From positions 1 to 54,176 of IMG/VR virus record IMGVR_UViG_2563366830_000017: a DNA stretch of 54,176 bases. One strand, written 5' to 3'. Under the pieces are notes generated by a model. It searched no databases and was not told the origin of the DNA. It saw only the letters and a program-made list of their open reading frames with translations. A program made the position numbers and the translations under genes. The stretch comes from a virus. Taxonomy: Duplodnaviria; Heunggongvirae; Uroviricota; Caudoviricetes. This document shows, piece by piece, positions 19,541 to 31,425 of this stretch. Within the stretch, counting starts at the first letter, position 1. Each line of letters begins with the position of its first letter.

Positions 19541-19571
19541 AGCTGCCCATATCGATGGGCAACTCATGCAA

Positions 19572-19865
19572 TTATTGTGAGCAATACACACGCGCTTCCA
19601 GCGGAGTATAAATGCCTAAAGTAATAAAACCGAGAAATCCATTTACGAATGTTTGCTGGGTTTCTGTTTTAACAACATTTTCTGCGCCGCCACAAATTTT
19701 GGCTGCATCAACAGTTTTCTCCTGTCCAATTCCCGAAACGAAGAAATGATGGGTGATGGTTTCCTTTGGTGTTACTGCTGTCGGTTTGTTTCCAACAGTA
19801 AACGTCTGTTGAGCACATCCTGTAATAAGCATTGCCAGAGCGGCAGAAAACAACATTTTTTTCAT
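19572..19865 (-). CDS. bor: Bor lipoprotein (serum-resistance family)
   Basis: MKKMLFSAALAMLITGCAQQTFTV... matches lambda Bor; start set at MKKM. Confidence 0.9.
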   Translation of the reverse strand: MKKMLFSAALAMLITGCAQQTFTVGNKPTAVTPKETITHHFFVSGIGQEKTVDAAKICGGAENVVKTETQQTFVNGFLGFITLGIYTPLEARVYCSQ

Positions 19866-20226
19866 CTTATTATCCTGCATTGTTAAAAACGGCAGAATCC
19901 TATGTGACAACAATTAAACGATAGTTAAATGGATTGATGAAAATTAAAACTATATAGGTGGATGCTCAGCCTATTGGAGGAGGGGGGGGCACTCAGAATC
20001 CTGTGGAATGAAATAAACCGCTCTATCTGTCCATTACCCTTTTAGCTGCGCTGTATCGTCGCCGTATTCCCGCATTAACCATGACCGTAGCCCGACGGGG
20101 AATTCCTTCTGCGTGAGTGTGCGGGAATAATCAAAAACGATGCACACCGGGTTTTACTGTGCTGACAGACGCAGGGTTACCCTCATAGTCGCTTTTCCGG
20201 TGCGATGGTGGAAGAAACCGGGATGT

Positions 20227-20421
20227 TCATCCATCATCACTTTGGATTGATGTATATGCTCTCTTTTCTGACGTTAGTCTCCGACGGCAGGCTTCAATGA
20301 CCCAGGCTGAGAAATTCCCGGACCCTTTTTGCTCAAGAGCGATGTTAATTTGTTCAATCATTTGGTTAGGAAAGCGGATGTTGCGGGTTGTTGTTCTGCG
20401 GGTTCTGTTCTTTGTTGACAT
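20227..20421 (-). CDS. Small hypothetical protein between bor and cos (64 aa)
   Basis: ORF MSTKNRTRRTTTRNIRFPNQMIEQINIALEQKGSGNF...; conserved position at right end of lambda-like genomes. Confidence 0.45.
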   Translation of the reverse strand: MSTKNRTRRTTTRNIRFPNQMIEQINIALEQKGSGNFSAWVIEACRRRLTSEKRAYTSIQSDDG

Positions 20422-20590
20422 GAGGTTGCCCCGTATTCAGTGTCGCTGATTTGTATTGTCTGAAGTTGTTTTTACGTTAAGTTGATGCAGATCAATTAAT
20501 ACGATACCTGCGTCATAATTGATTATTTGACGTGGTTTGATGGCGTAGATGCACGTTGTGACATGTAGATGATAATTATTATCATTTTGC

Positions 20591-20800
20591 GGGTCCTTTC
20601 CGGCGATCCGACAGGTTACGGGGCGGCGACCTCGCGGGTTTTCGCTATTTATGAAAATTTTCCGGCTTAAGGCGTTTCCGTTCTTCTTCGCCGTAACTTC
20701 ATGTTTTTATTTAAAACACCCCCTAAAAAGAAAGGAAACGACAGGTGCTGAAAACGGGCTTTTTGGCCTCTGTCGTTTCCTTTCTCTGTTTTTGGCCGTG
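20591..20800 (+). other. cos: Prophage cos site (cosQ-cosN-cosB); cohesive-end sequence GGGCGGCGACCT at 20621..20632
   Basis: Sequence matches lambda cos as recalled; immediately upstream of Nu1. Confidence 0.9.
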
Positions 20801-20809
20801 GAATGAACA

Positions 20810-21329
20810 ATGGAAGTCAACAAAAAGCAGCTGGCTGACATTTTCGGTGCGAGTATCCGTACCATTCAGAACTGGCAGGAACAGGGAATGCCCGTTCTGC
20901 GAGGCGGTGGCAAGGGTAATGAGGTGCTTTATGACTCTGCCGCCGTTATAAAATGGTATGCCGAAAGGGATGCTGAAATTGAGAACGAAAAGCTGCGCCG
21001 GGAGGTTGAAGAACTGCGGCAGGCCCGCGAGGCAGATCTCCAGCCAGGGACTATTGAGTACGAACGCCATCGACTTACGCGTGCGCAGGCCGACGCACAG
21101 GAACTGAAGAATGCCAGAGACTCCGCTGAAGTGGTGGAAACCGCATTCTGTACTTTCGTGCTGTCGCGGATCGCAGGTGAAATTGCCAGTATTCTCGACG
21201 GGATCCCCCTGTCGGTGCAGCGGCGTTTTCCGGAACTGGAAAACCGACATGTTGATTTCCTGAAACGGGATATCATCAAAGCCATGAACAAAGCAGCCGC
21301 GCTGGATGAACTGATACCGGGGTTGCTGA

Positions 21330-21355
<26 letters not shown>
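20810..21355 (+). CDS. nu1: Terminase small subunit Nu1
   Basis: 181 aa MEVNKKQLADIFGASIRTIQNWQEQGMPVLRGGGKGNEVLYD... matches lambda Nu1. Confidence 0.97.
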
Positions 21356-25036
<3,681 letters not shown>

Positions 25037-25056
<20 letters not shown>

Positions 25057-26356
25057 TCTCCCGCATATTGCCAGCATGGCCTTTAATGAGCCGCTGATGC
25101 TTGAACCCGCCTATGCGCGGGTTTTCTTTTGTGCGCTTGCAGGCCAGCTTGGGATCAGCCGCCTGACGGATGCGGTGTCCGGTGACAGCCTGACTGCCGG
25201 AGAGGCACCCGCGACGCTGGCGTTATCCGTTAATGATGACGGACCACGACAGGCCCGCAGTTATCAGGTCATGAATGGCATCGCCGTGCTGCCGGTTTCC
25301 GGCACGCTGGTCAGCCGGACGCGGGCGCTGCAGCCGTATTCGGGGATGACCGGTTACAACGGCATTATCGCCCGTCTGCAACAGGCTGCCAGTGACCCGA
25401 TGGTGGACGGCATTCTGCTGGATATGGACACGCCAGGCGGAATGGTGGCGGGGGCATTTGACTGCGCTGACATCATCGCCCGTGTGCGTGACATAAAACC
25501 GGTATGGGCGCTGGCCAACGACATGAACTGCAGTGCAGGTCAGCTGCTTGCCAGTGCCGCCTCCCGGCGTCTGGTCACGCAGACCGCCCGGACAGGCTCC
25601 ATCGGCGTCATGATGGCTCACAGTAATTACGGTGCTGCCCTGGAGAAACAGGGTGTGGAAATCACGCTGATTTACAGCGGCAGCCATAAGGTGGATGGCA
25701 ATCCCTACAGCCATCTTCCGGATGACGTCCGGGAGACACTGCAGTCCCGGATGGACGCAACCCGCCAGATGTTTGCGCAGAAGGTGTCGGCATATACCGG
25801 CCTGTCTGTGCAGGCTGTGCTGGATACCGAGGCTGCAGTGTACAGCGGTCAGGAGGCCATTGATGCCGGACTGGCTGATGAACTTGTTAACAGCACCGAT
25901 GCGATCACCGTCATGCGTGATGCACTGGATGCGCGTAAATCCCGTCTCTCAGGAGGGCGAATGACCAAAGAGACTCAATCAACAACTGTTTCAGCCACTG
26001 CTTCGCAGGCTGACGTTACTGACGTGGTGCCAGCGACGGAGGGCGAAAACGCCAGCGTGGCGCAGCCGGACGTGAACGCGCAGATCACCGCAGCGGTTGC
26101 GGCAGAAAACAGCCGCATTATGGGGATCCTCAACTGTGAGGAGGCTCACGGACGCGAAGAACAGGCGCGCGTTCTGGCAGAAACCCCCGGAATGACCGTG
26201 GAAACGGCCCGCCGCATTCTGGCTGCAGCACCACAGAGTGCACAGGCGCGCAGTGACACTGCGCTGGATCGTCTGATGCAGGGGGCACCGGCACCGCTGG
26301 CTGCAGGTAACCCGGCATCTGATGCCGTTAACGATTTGCTGAACACACCAGTGTAA
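25037..26356 (+). CDS. C: Head protease/minor capsid protein C (GTG start)
   Basis: In-frame with ORF-track 24890..26356; lambda C begins at TAELRNLPHIASMAFNEPLML; GTG at 25037. Confidence 0.88.
25751..26356 (+). CDS. nu3: Scaffolding protein Nu3 (in-frame internal start within C)
   Basis: ATG (MDATRQMFAQ...) 714 nt into C, same offset as lambda Nu3. Confidence 0.75.
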   Translation: MDATRQMFAQKVSAYTGLSVQAVLDTEAAVYSGQEAIDAGLADELVNSTDAITVMRDALDARKSRLSGGRMTKETQSTTVSATASQADVTDVVPATEGENASVAQPDVNAQITAAVAAENSRIMGILNCEEAHGREEQARVLAETPGMTVETARRILAAAPQSAQARSDTALDRLMQGAPAPLAAGNPASDAVNDLLNTPV

Positions 26357-26365
26357 GGGATGTTT

Positions 26366-26698
26366 ATGACGAGCAAAGAAACCTTTACCCATTACCAGCC
26401 GCTGGGCAACAGTGACCCGGCTCATACCGCAACCGCGCCCGGCGGATTGAGTGCGAAAGCGCCAGCAATGACCCCGCTGATGCTGGACACCTCCACCCGT
26501 AAGCTGGTTGCGTGGGATGGCACCACCGACGGTGCTGCCGTTGGCATTCTGGCGGTTGCTGCTGACCAGACCAGCACCACGCTGACGTTCTACAAGTCCG
26601 GCACGTTCCGTTATGAGGATGTGCTCTGGCCGGAGGCTGCCAGCGACGAGACGAAAAAACGGACCGCGTTTGCCGGAACGGCAATCAGCATCGTTTAA
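26366..26698 (+). CDS. D: Head decoration protein D
   Basis: 110 aa [27 protein letters not shown]... matches lambda gpD. Confidence 0.95.
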   Translation: MTSKETFTHYQPLGNSDPAHTATAPGGLSAKAPAMTPLMLDTSTRKLVAWDGTTDGAAVGILAVAADQTSTTLTFYKSGTFRYEDVLWPEAASDETKKRTAFAGTAISIV

Positions 26699-26719
26699 CT
26701 TTACCCTTCATCACTAAAG

Positions 26720-26740
26720 GCCGCCTGTGCGGCTTTTTTT
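26720..26740 (+). terminator. Hairpin plus T-run between D and E (terminator/attenuator-like)
   Basis: GCCGC-CTGT-GCGGC followed by TTTTTTT. Confidence 0.45.
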
Positions 26741-26753
26741 ACGGGATTTTTTT

Positions 26754-27029
26754 ATGTCGATGTACACAACCGCCCAGCTGCTGGCGGCAAATGAGCAGAA
26801 ATTTAAGTTTGATCCGCTGTTTCTGCGTCTCTTTTTCCGTGAGAGCTATCCCTTCACTACGGAGAAAGTCTATCTCTCACAAATTCCTGGACTGGTAAAC
26901 ATGGCGCTGTACGTTTCGCCGATTGTTTCCGGTGAGGTTATCCGTTCCCGTGGCGGCTCCACCTCTGAATTTACGCCGGGATATGTCAAACCCAAGCACT
27001 TAGCATGGCTTTCTGAGGCTTTCGTGTAG
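26754..27029 (+). pseudogene. E: Major capsid protein E, 5-prime fragment (82 lambda-like codons then 10 foreign codons and stop) created by insertion
   Basis: MSMYTTAQLLAANEQKFKFDPLFLRLFFRESYPFTT...GYVKPKH matches lambda E; then LAWLSEAFV-stop. Confidence 0.9.
26989..26998. repeat. Left copy of 10-bp direct repeat AACCCAAGCA at island junction
   Basis: Identical 10-mer at 38323..38332; lambda-like E sequence ends here. Confidence 0.75.
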
Positions 27030-27110
27030 TTGCTGGTTTTTACACTTAATCTTTTGATAATAAAGAATAAGTTTATCTGGCGCTTTCACTGAATTTTCCT
27101 CGTTATCTGT

Positions 27111-27146
27111 GTGTTGCAATCATCTCTGTATTGCAGCTTGTATTGC
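27111..27146 (+). repeat. Candidate integrase arm-type sites: three copies of TGT(A/G)TTGC(A) near left end
   Basis: GTGTTGCA, TGTATTGCA, TGTATTGC read in sequence; two more TGTATTGCA copies at 38227..38247. Confidence 0.45.
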
Positions 27147-27161
27147 TTTTTGGGGCTAAAA

Positions 27162-28397
27162 ATGGCTGGCGAGAACAAACTGAGCGACAAAGCGCTTAAA
27201 GGATATCTGGGGAAACCCAGAGAAAAGCAGATCACCATTGCTGATGGAAAGGGGCTTTCTATTCGTGTGAGTACTAAAGGGGCTGTGAGCTTTGTTTTCT
27301 TCTACAGGTTAGCAGGTGGCCGGGCTGCTCCGGTCTGGCTAACGTTGGGTAAATATCCTGATATGTCACTCAAACAGGCAAGGGAAAAGCGCGACGAGTG
27401 CCGTGGTTGGTTGGCTGACAAACGTGATCCGCGTATCCAGATTAAGATTCAGGCTGAAGAACGCTTAAAGCCGGTCACAGTGGAGGATGCACTAAATTAC
27501 TGGTATGAAAACTACTGTAAGGTGCGTCGTAAAACTCATGCTGTAACGCTTGGCAGATTTCGAAAGCATATCTTTCCCTATATCGGTCATTTGCCCGTAA
27601 ATGACACTCACCTATATGAATGGCTGGACTGTTTTGACCGAATTAAACGTAATGCACCAGTTATGGCGGCGTATGTTTTTTCTGACACTAAATTAGCTCT
27701 TCGTTTTTGTCGGGTACGCCAGTACGCGACGTGTGATGCTTTAAAGGATTTGCGCATGAGTGATGTGGGGCAGATTGCAGGTAAGCGGGATCGGGTTCTG
27801 GATGAAGCCGAACTCGGCCAGCTCTGGAAGGCAATTTTTGTCGAGCCTGATTTAAAACTAATGTCTGAATACACGCGAAAAATGTTTGTGCTTTGTACAG
27901 TATTTGGATGTCGAATGAGTGAAGCCCGATTATCAGAATGGAGCGAATGGGATCTCGAAAGTTGGGTTTGGACTGTGCCAAAAGATCACTCAAAAACTGG
28001 TGTTGAAATCGTCAGACCAGTACCTGAAATTCTACGACAGTGGGTAACGGATGTTCACGAAGAGACAAAACATACTGGTTATGTGCTGGGAAGTCTGCGA
28101 ATTAGAGAAAGCGTAAGCAAGATTGGGGGGAAAATCGGTAAACGTTTGGGCCATGAAAAACAATGGTCACTACACGACCTTAGAAGAACGCTATCTACTC
28201 ATCTAAGTGATCTCGGTGTTGAATTTTATGTAGTAGAACAACTGTTAGGCCATGCGCTACCTGGCGTGGCAGGTGTTTACAACCGGAGTAAGTTTATGGC
28301 TAAAAAACTGGATGCTCTGGAACTCTGGACTACATATCTCAATAGCATCGCAGCTGCTGATTCAAAAGTGACAATCCTCAAACAAAAGGCTGGTTAG
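27162..28397 (+). CDS. Tyrosine integrase, P4-type (island-encoded)
   Basis: 411 aa from ATG; C-terminal HxLRxT...HxxxxxxxxY-like catalytic region (HELR...HDLRRT...LGHA...VY); adjacent to left junction. Confidence 0.85.
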   Translation: MAGENKLSDKALKGYLGKPREKQITIADGKGLSIRVSTKGAVSFVFFYRLAGGRAAPVWLTLGKYPDMSLKQAREKRDECRGWLADKRDPRIQIKIQAEERLKPVTVEDALNYWYENYCKVRRKTHAVTLGRFRKHIFPYIGHLPVNDTHLYEWLDCFDRIKRNAPVMAAYVFSDTKLALRFCRVRQYATCDALKDLRMSDVGQIAGKRDRVLDEAELGQLWKAIFVEPDLKLMSEYTRKMFVLCTVFGCRMSEARLSEWSEWDLESWVWTVPKDHSKTGVEIVRPVPEILRQWVTDVHEETKHTGYVLGSLRIRESVSKIGGKIGKRLGHEKQWSLHDLRRTLSTHLSDLGVEFYVVEQLLGHALPGVAGVYNRSKFMAKKLDALELWTTYLNSIAAADSKVTILKQKAG

Positions 28398-28398
28398 C

Positions 28399-28629
28399 AT
28401 GAAAAAAATGGCAATTGTTGATAAAAAGGGTCTGGAGTACATTCCTAACATTGACCGAATGATCCGTGAGAAAGAATGTCGGGAGCTAACTACTCTTGCG
28501 AACAGCACACGCTGGAAGCTGGAGAAGGAAGGAAAATTTCCTAAGCGGATCAAGATTGGTTCCACTGCTGTTGCATATCGTCTTTCAGAAGTGCAGGCAT
28601 GGATTCGAGGTGAGTGGGAAACAACTTAA
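28399..28629 (+). CDS. AlpA-family HTH regulator/excisionase-like protein
   Basis: 76 aa; placed immediately after integrase as in P4-like and PICI elements. Confidence 0.7.
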   Translation: MKKMAIVDKKGLEYIPNIDRMIREKECRELTTLANSTRWKLEKEGKFPKRIKIGSTAVAYRLSEVQAWIRGEWETT

Positions 28630-28636
28630 CTATTAG

Positions 28637-29467
28637 GTGGGCATTGTGGCTATATTTCATTATACAGATCTTTTTGGTTTGAAAGGTATATTAGACTCTA
28701 ATTCTTTATGGGCTACAAACATATATTTCTTAAATGATAAAGAGGAGTCTAACCATGGATGTGAATGCTTTCGAAATACAATTAAAATAGTTGATGACAA
28801 TATCATTCCAAAAGATAAGAAAACTATTTTGCTCAAGTCTCTTGACATGTATGAGAAAGGGAGGTTACAAAAAGAAAAAGGGATTGATAAACATGTTTAT
28901 AGCATCTCTTTTTGTAAGGAAAACGATAAGTTAAGTCAGTGGAGAGGTTACGGAAATAAACAGGGTGTTTGCATTGAGTTTGATGCGGATGAACTTGTGA
29001 GCTTTTCTCAAAATATTTATTTAAATTGTGTTGCACATGATGTTATATATTCAAATAATAACGATATTACTAAGATGAGTAAGGAGTTGGGAGAGTTTTT
29101 TTCTTGTAATGGTATTAACATTAAAGAAATGAATGATCATTTTGTAACAATGGTCTCTACGTATCAATTTATATCTAAATACATCCCATTTTTTAAACAT
29201 CCTAGTTTTATCGAAGAGAATGAATTTAGATTGGTATTTACTCCGTGGATGCAAATGCCAGATGTGCACTTCAGAATAAATAATAATGGAATCATCCCTT
29301 ATATCATCATTGATAATAAAGATAATAGAAAGTTACCAATTAAAAGCATTACAATTGGCCCGACAAACGATTATGATTTCATTGAGGCTGGTATAAAAAT
29401 GTTCTTGGATTCAAGAGGATTTAGTTCTGTGGAAATTAAATCCTCATCAATTCCATTCAGGGGGTAA
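28637..29467 (+). CDS. DUF2971-like protein (AT-rich cargo gene)
   Basis: N-terminal FHYTDLFGLKGILDSNSLWATNIYFLNDKEE resembles the DUF2971 signature as I recall it; GTG start; low GC. Confidence 0.55.
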   Translation: MGIVAIFHYTDLFGLKGILDSNSLWATNIYFLNDKEESNHGCECFRNTIKIVDDNIIPKDKKTILLKSLDMYEKGRLQKEKGIDKHVYSISFCKENDKLSQWRGYGNKQGVCIEFDADELVSFSQNIYLNCVAHDVIYSNNNDITKMSKELGEFFSCNGINIKEMNDHFVTMVSTYQFISKYIPFFKHPSFIEENEFRLVFTPWMQMPDVHFRINNNGIIPYIIIDNKDNRKLPIKSITIGPTNDYDFIEAGIKMFLDSRGFSSVEIKSSSIPFRG

Positions 29468-29598
29468 GGATTAACACTTTTAATCTGTGATATTATAAAA
29501 ATGGTGGATAAAGGCGACCAGAATTGGTCGCCAATGTGAGTATATAGTTAGCCTTAATCAGAATACGAGGTTATCGCCTGATAGGCAATGTGAACAGT

Positions 29599-29955
29599 TC
29601 AATATTTAGGTGGTTCAACAAGAGCGTTTATCATTGCTCTCAAATTATCGCGAACACTTATCCAAGTCTGTTCTGCTCGTTCTAACTCATCAGTGTACAA
29701 CTTTAATGTTTTATCTATGCCATATGTGGCTATTAAATTTATAGCTTCTTGTAATTTTTCAGGATTATTCCTTCTTGGGGGAGTGAATATACCACGGATT
29801 TTTCCGGTAATTAAAGCTTTACGGTGTCTACATAGAATACCTTTACTTCCTGCTGGACAATTACAAGTCATGATTAGCGAGCCAGAATCGTTTGATACAG
29901 TGACTATGTATACATCCAAACTACTGCTACTTGTTGCGAAGAATTCGTATTTCAT
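29599..29955 (-). CDS. SWIM-type zinc-finger protein (CxCx8CxH), AT-rich cargo gene
   Basis: Motif CNCPAGSKGILCRH seen in translation; convergent with DUF2971-like gene. Confidence 0.5.
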   Translation of the reverse strand: MKYEFFATSSSSLDVYIVTVSNDSGSLIMTCNCPAGSKGILCRHRKALITGKIRGIFTPPRRNNPEKLQEAINLIATYGIDKTLKLYTDELERAEQTWISVRDNLRAMINALVEPPKY

Positions 29956-29982
29956 GTGTTAGCTCCTTGACTTCAATTATTC

Positions 29983-30114
29983 TTATCCTTTTGGTTCAAT
30001 ACCGCGCCGTAGCAGCTCTTTGCGCCCTAATTCTTTAAGCCAGTTGGCTAGGCTTATGCCGTCGCTCTGCGCTTCTTTGTCGAATTGCTCTTTTAGCTCT
30101 GGAGAAATTCGCAT
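29983..30114 (-). CDS. Small basic protein, possible ribbon-helix-helix repressor (43 aa from ATG)
   Basis: MRISPELKEQFDKEAQSDGISLANWLKELGRKELLRRGIEPKG; divergent from downstream plus-strand operon. Confidence 0.4.
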   Translation of the reverse strand: MRISPELKEQFDKEAQSDGISLANWLKELGRKELLRRGIEPKG

Positions 30115-30313
30115 TCTGAATTGTGGAGATTGCCCATCACCCTTAGGACTTTTATCGCGTTTGATCGTTGACAAGTGACCACCTATTGAATTAGCCTTTT
30201 CATTGTTAGGTGGCCACCTTAACACGGGGGCACTTAAAAAAGCAAAGCCCGAAGGTGCTGGGAACACCAACGGGCTTCTAACCACCAACGATAGCAACAG
30301 TATCGAGGTAGCT

Positions 30314-30517
30314 ATGAGAAATCATACCACACACCCGCAAGGGCGGGACCCGCACAACCTGAATAAATACATCTGGCGTTTTATCGCCTTGAGTACGGCA
30401 CAACCGCGCATGATTACCATCGAGGCCATCAGCGAACAGGAAGCCCGCCAGCAATCCCCAACTGGCTGCGTGATGGTATTCGCCGCCCGTATTCGTCAGG
30501 AGGTGTGCCGTGCTTAA
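30314..30517 (+). CDS. Hypothetical small protein, first gene of island early operon
   Basis: ORF track 30203..30517; ATG at 30314 chosen. Confidence 0.4.
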   Translation: MRNHTTHPQGRDPHNLNKYIWRFIALSTAQPRMITIEAISEQEARQQSPTGCVMVFAARIRQEVCRA

Positions 30518-30695
30518 AACCTTCCGTGTATTTGCCCGAGCTGTTAACCCACTGGGCCACACAATTGGTATCACTCAGAACGTGAAGGCTGTTAATGTTC
30601 AGACGGCTATTGCTGCGGTGAGAAGCGAATCATCAGAATATGGCTTATCACAAGTCATTATTTCAGCAGTGTATGAATTAAAAGAGGTGCATTAA
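30510..30695 (+). CDS. Hypothetical small protein
   Basis: 61-aa ORF, overlapping starts/stops in operon. Confidence 0.45.
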   Translation: MLKTFRVFARAVNPLGHTIGITQNVKAVNVQTAIAAVRSESSEYGLSQVIISAVYELKEVH

Positions 30696-30886
30696 TGCAG
30701 GAAATCACATTACACGAAGCCGCTGAACGTGCGCACCAGACAGAAATTATTTGCCGCCTTCTTGAGGTATACCCGAACAAAATTACAGATGCTGATATAT
30801 CCGCGCTGGCGAGCCTACTGGCGCGCCTTTCGGGAAGTGTCGCTAGTTTCCTGATTGAGGAAGAAAGTAAGCTGGTGGGGGATTAA
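30695..30886 (+). CDS. Hypothetical small protein
   Basis: 63-aa ORF, translationally coupled in operon. Confidence 0.45.
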   Translation: MQEITLHEAAERAHQTEIICRLLEVYPNKITDADISALASLLARLSGSVASFLIEEESKLVGD

Positions 30887-31108
30887 ATGAATACAGAACG
30901 GGAAGTCTTTTTTAAATTGTTAGCATGTGCAGAAAGTCCATTAACTTTAAATAATTCAGCAAAAGCAATATTAAATATGTGGCTTGATTGCATAAATGAC
31001 AATGAAGATGCAAATATTGCTTATGGCCTGTTGTCACTTATTGATGAATCAGCAGAAAAACTCAATGACGCAATAAATAGTGCCCTGCTATCAAATAAGT
31101 CGAGTTAA
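30887..31108 (+). CDS. Hypothetical small protein
   Basis: 73-aa ORF in operon. Confidence 0.45.
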   Translation: MNTEREVFFKLLACAESPLTLNNSAKAILNMWLDCINDNEDANIAYGLLSLIDESAEKLNDAINSALLSNKSS

Positions 31109-31125
31109 GTCGAGGAATAAATAAT

Positions 31126-31425
31126 ATGGAAATGAAAAATTCTGGCTTTATTGCCAGCGGCCCCGCTCGGCCTGAATTTATGAACGGCGATATTTACCGC
31201 GATAAATACGGCGGCACGGTAACGATTAAAGGCGTGGCAGAACGGCGCATCACTTACCGCCGTGAGGGGTATAGCTATGACTGCGTGATGCCTGTTTATC
31301 AGTTCCGGCGTGATTTTTCCCTGGTATATGCCGCACCCCGCAGTAAGCCCATCAGCAGGGAAAAAGCGCGGGGAAACATCCAGAAAATGAAAAGCATGAT
31401 TAACGCATTCAGGGGCAAAAAATGA
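31126..31425 (+). CDS. Hypothetical protein (99 aa)
   Basis: ORF immediately upstream of and overlapping primase start. Confidence 0.5.
   Translation: MEMKNSGFIASGPARPEFMNGDIYRDKYGGTVTIKGVAERRITYRREGYSYDCVMPVYQFRRDFSLVYAAPRSKPISREKARGNIQKMKSMINAFRGKK

Noticed and set aside
19544-19561. Hairpin TGCCCATATCGATGGGCA between Rz and bor as a bidirectional terminator
   Set aside because: Good stem but no adjacent U-tract on either strand; left unannotated.
26989-27110. tRNA gene as integration target of the P4-type integrase
   Set aside because: No tRNA-like sequence at either junction; the target is inside the E coding sequence and the duplicated core is part of E.
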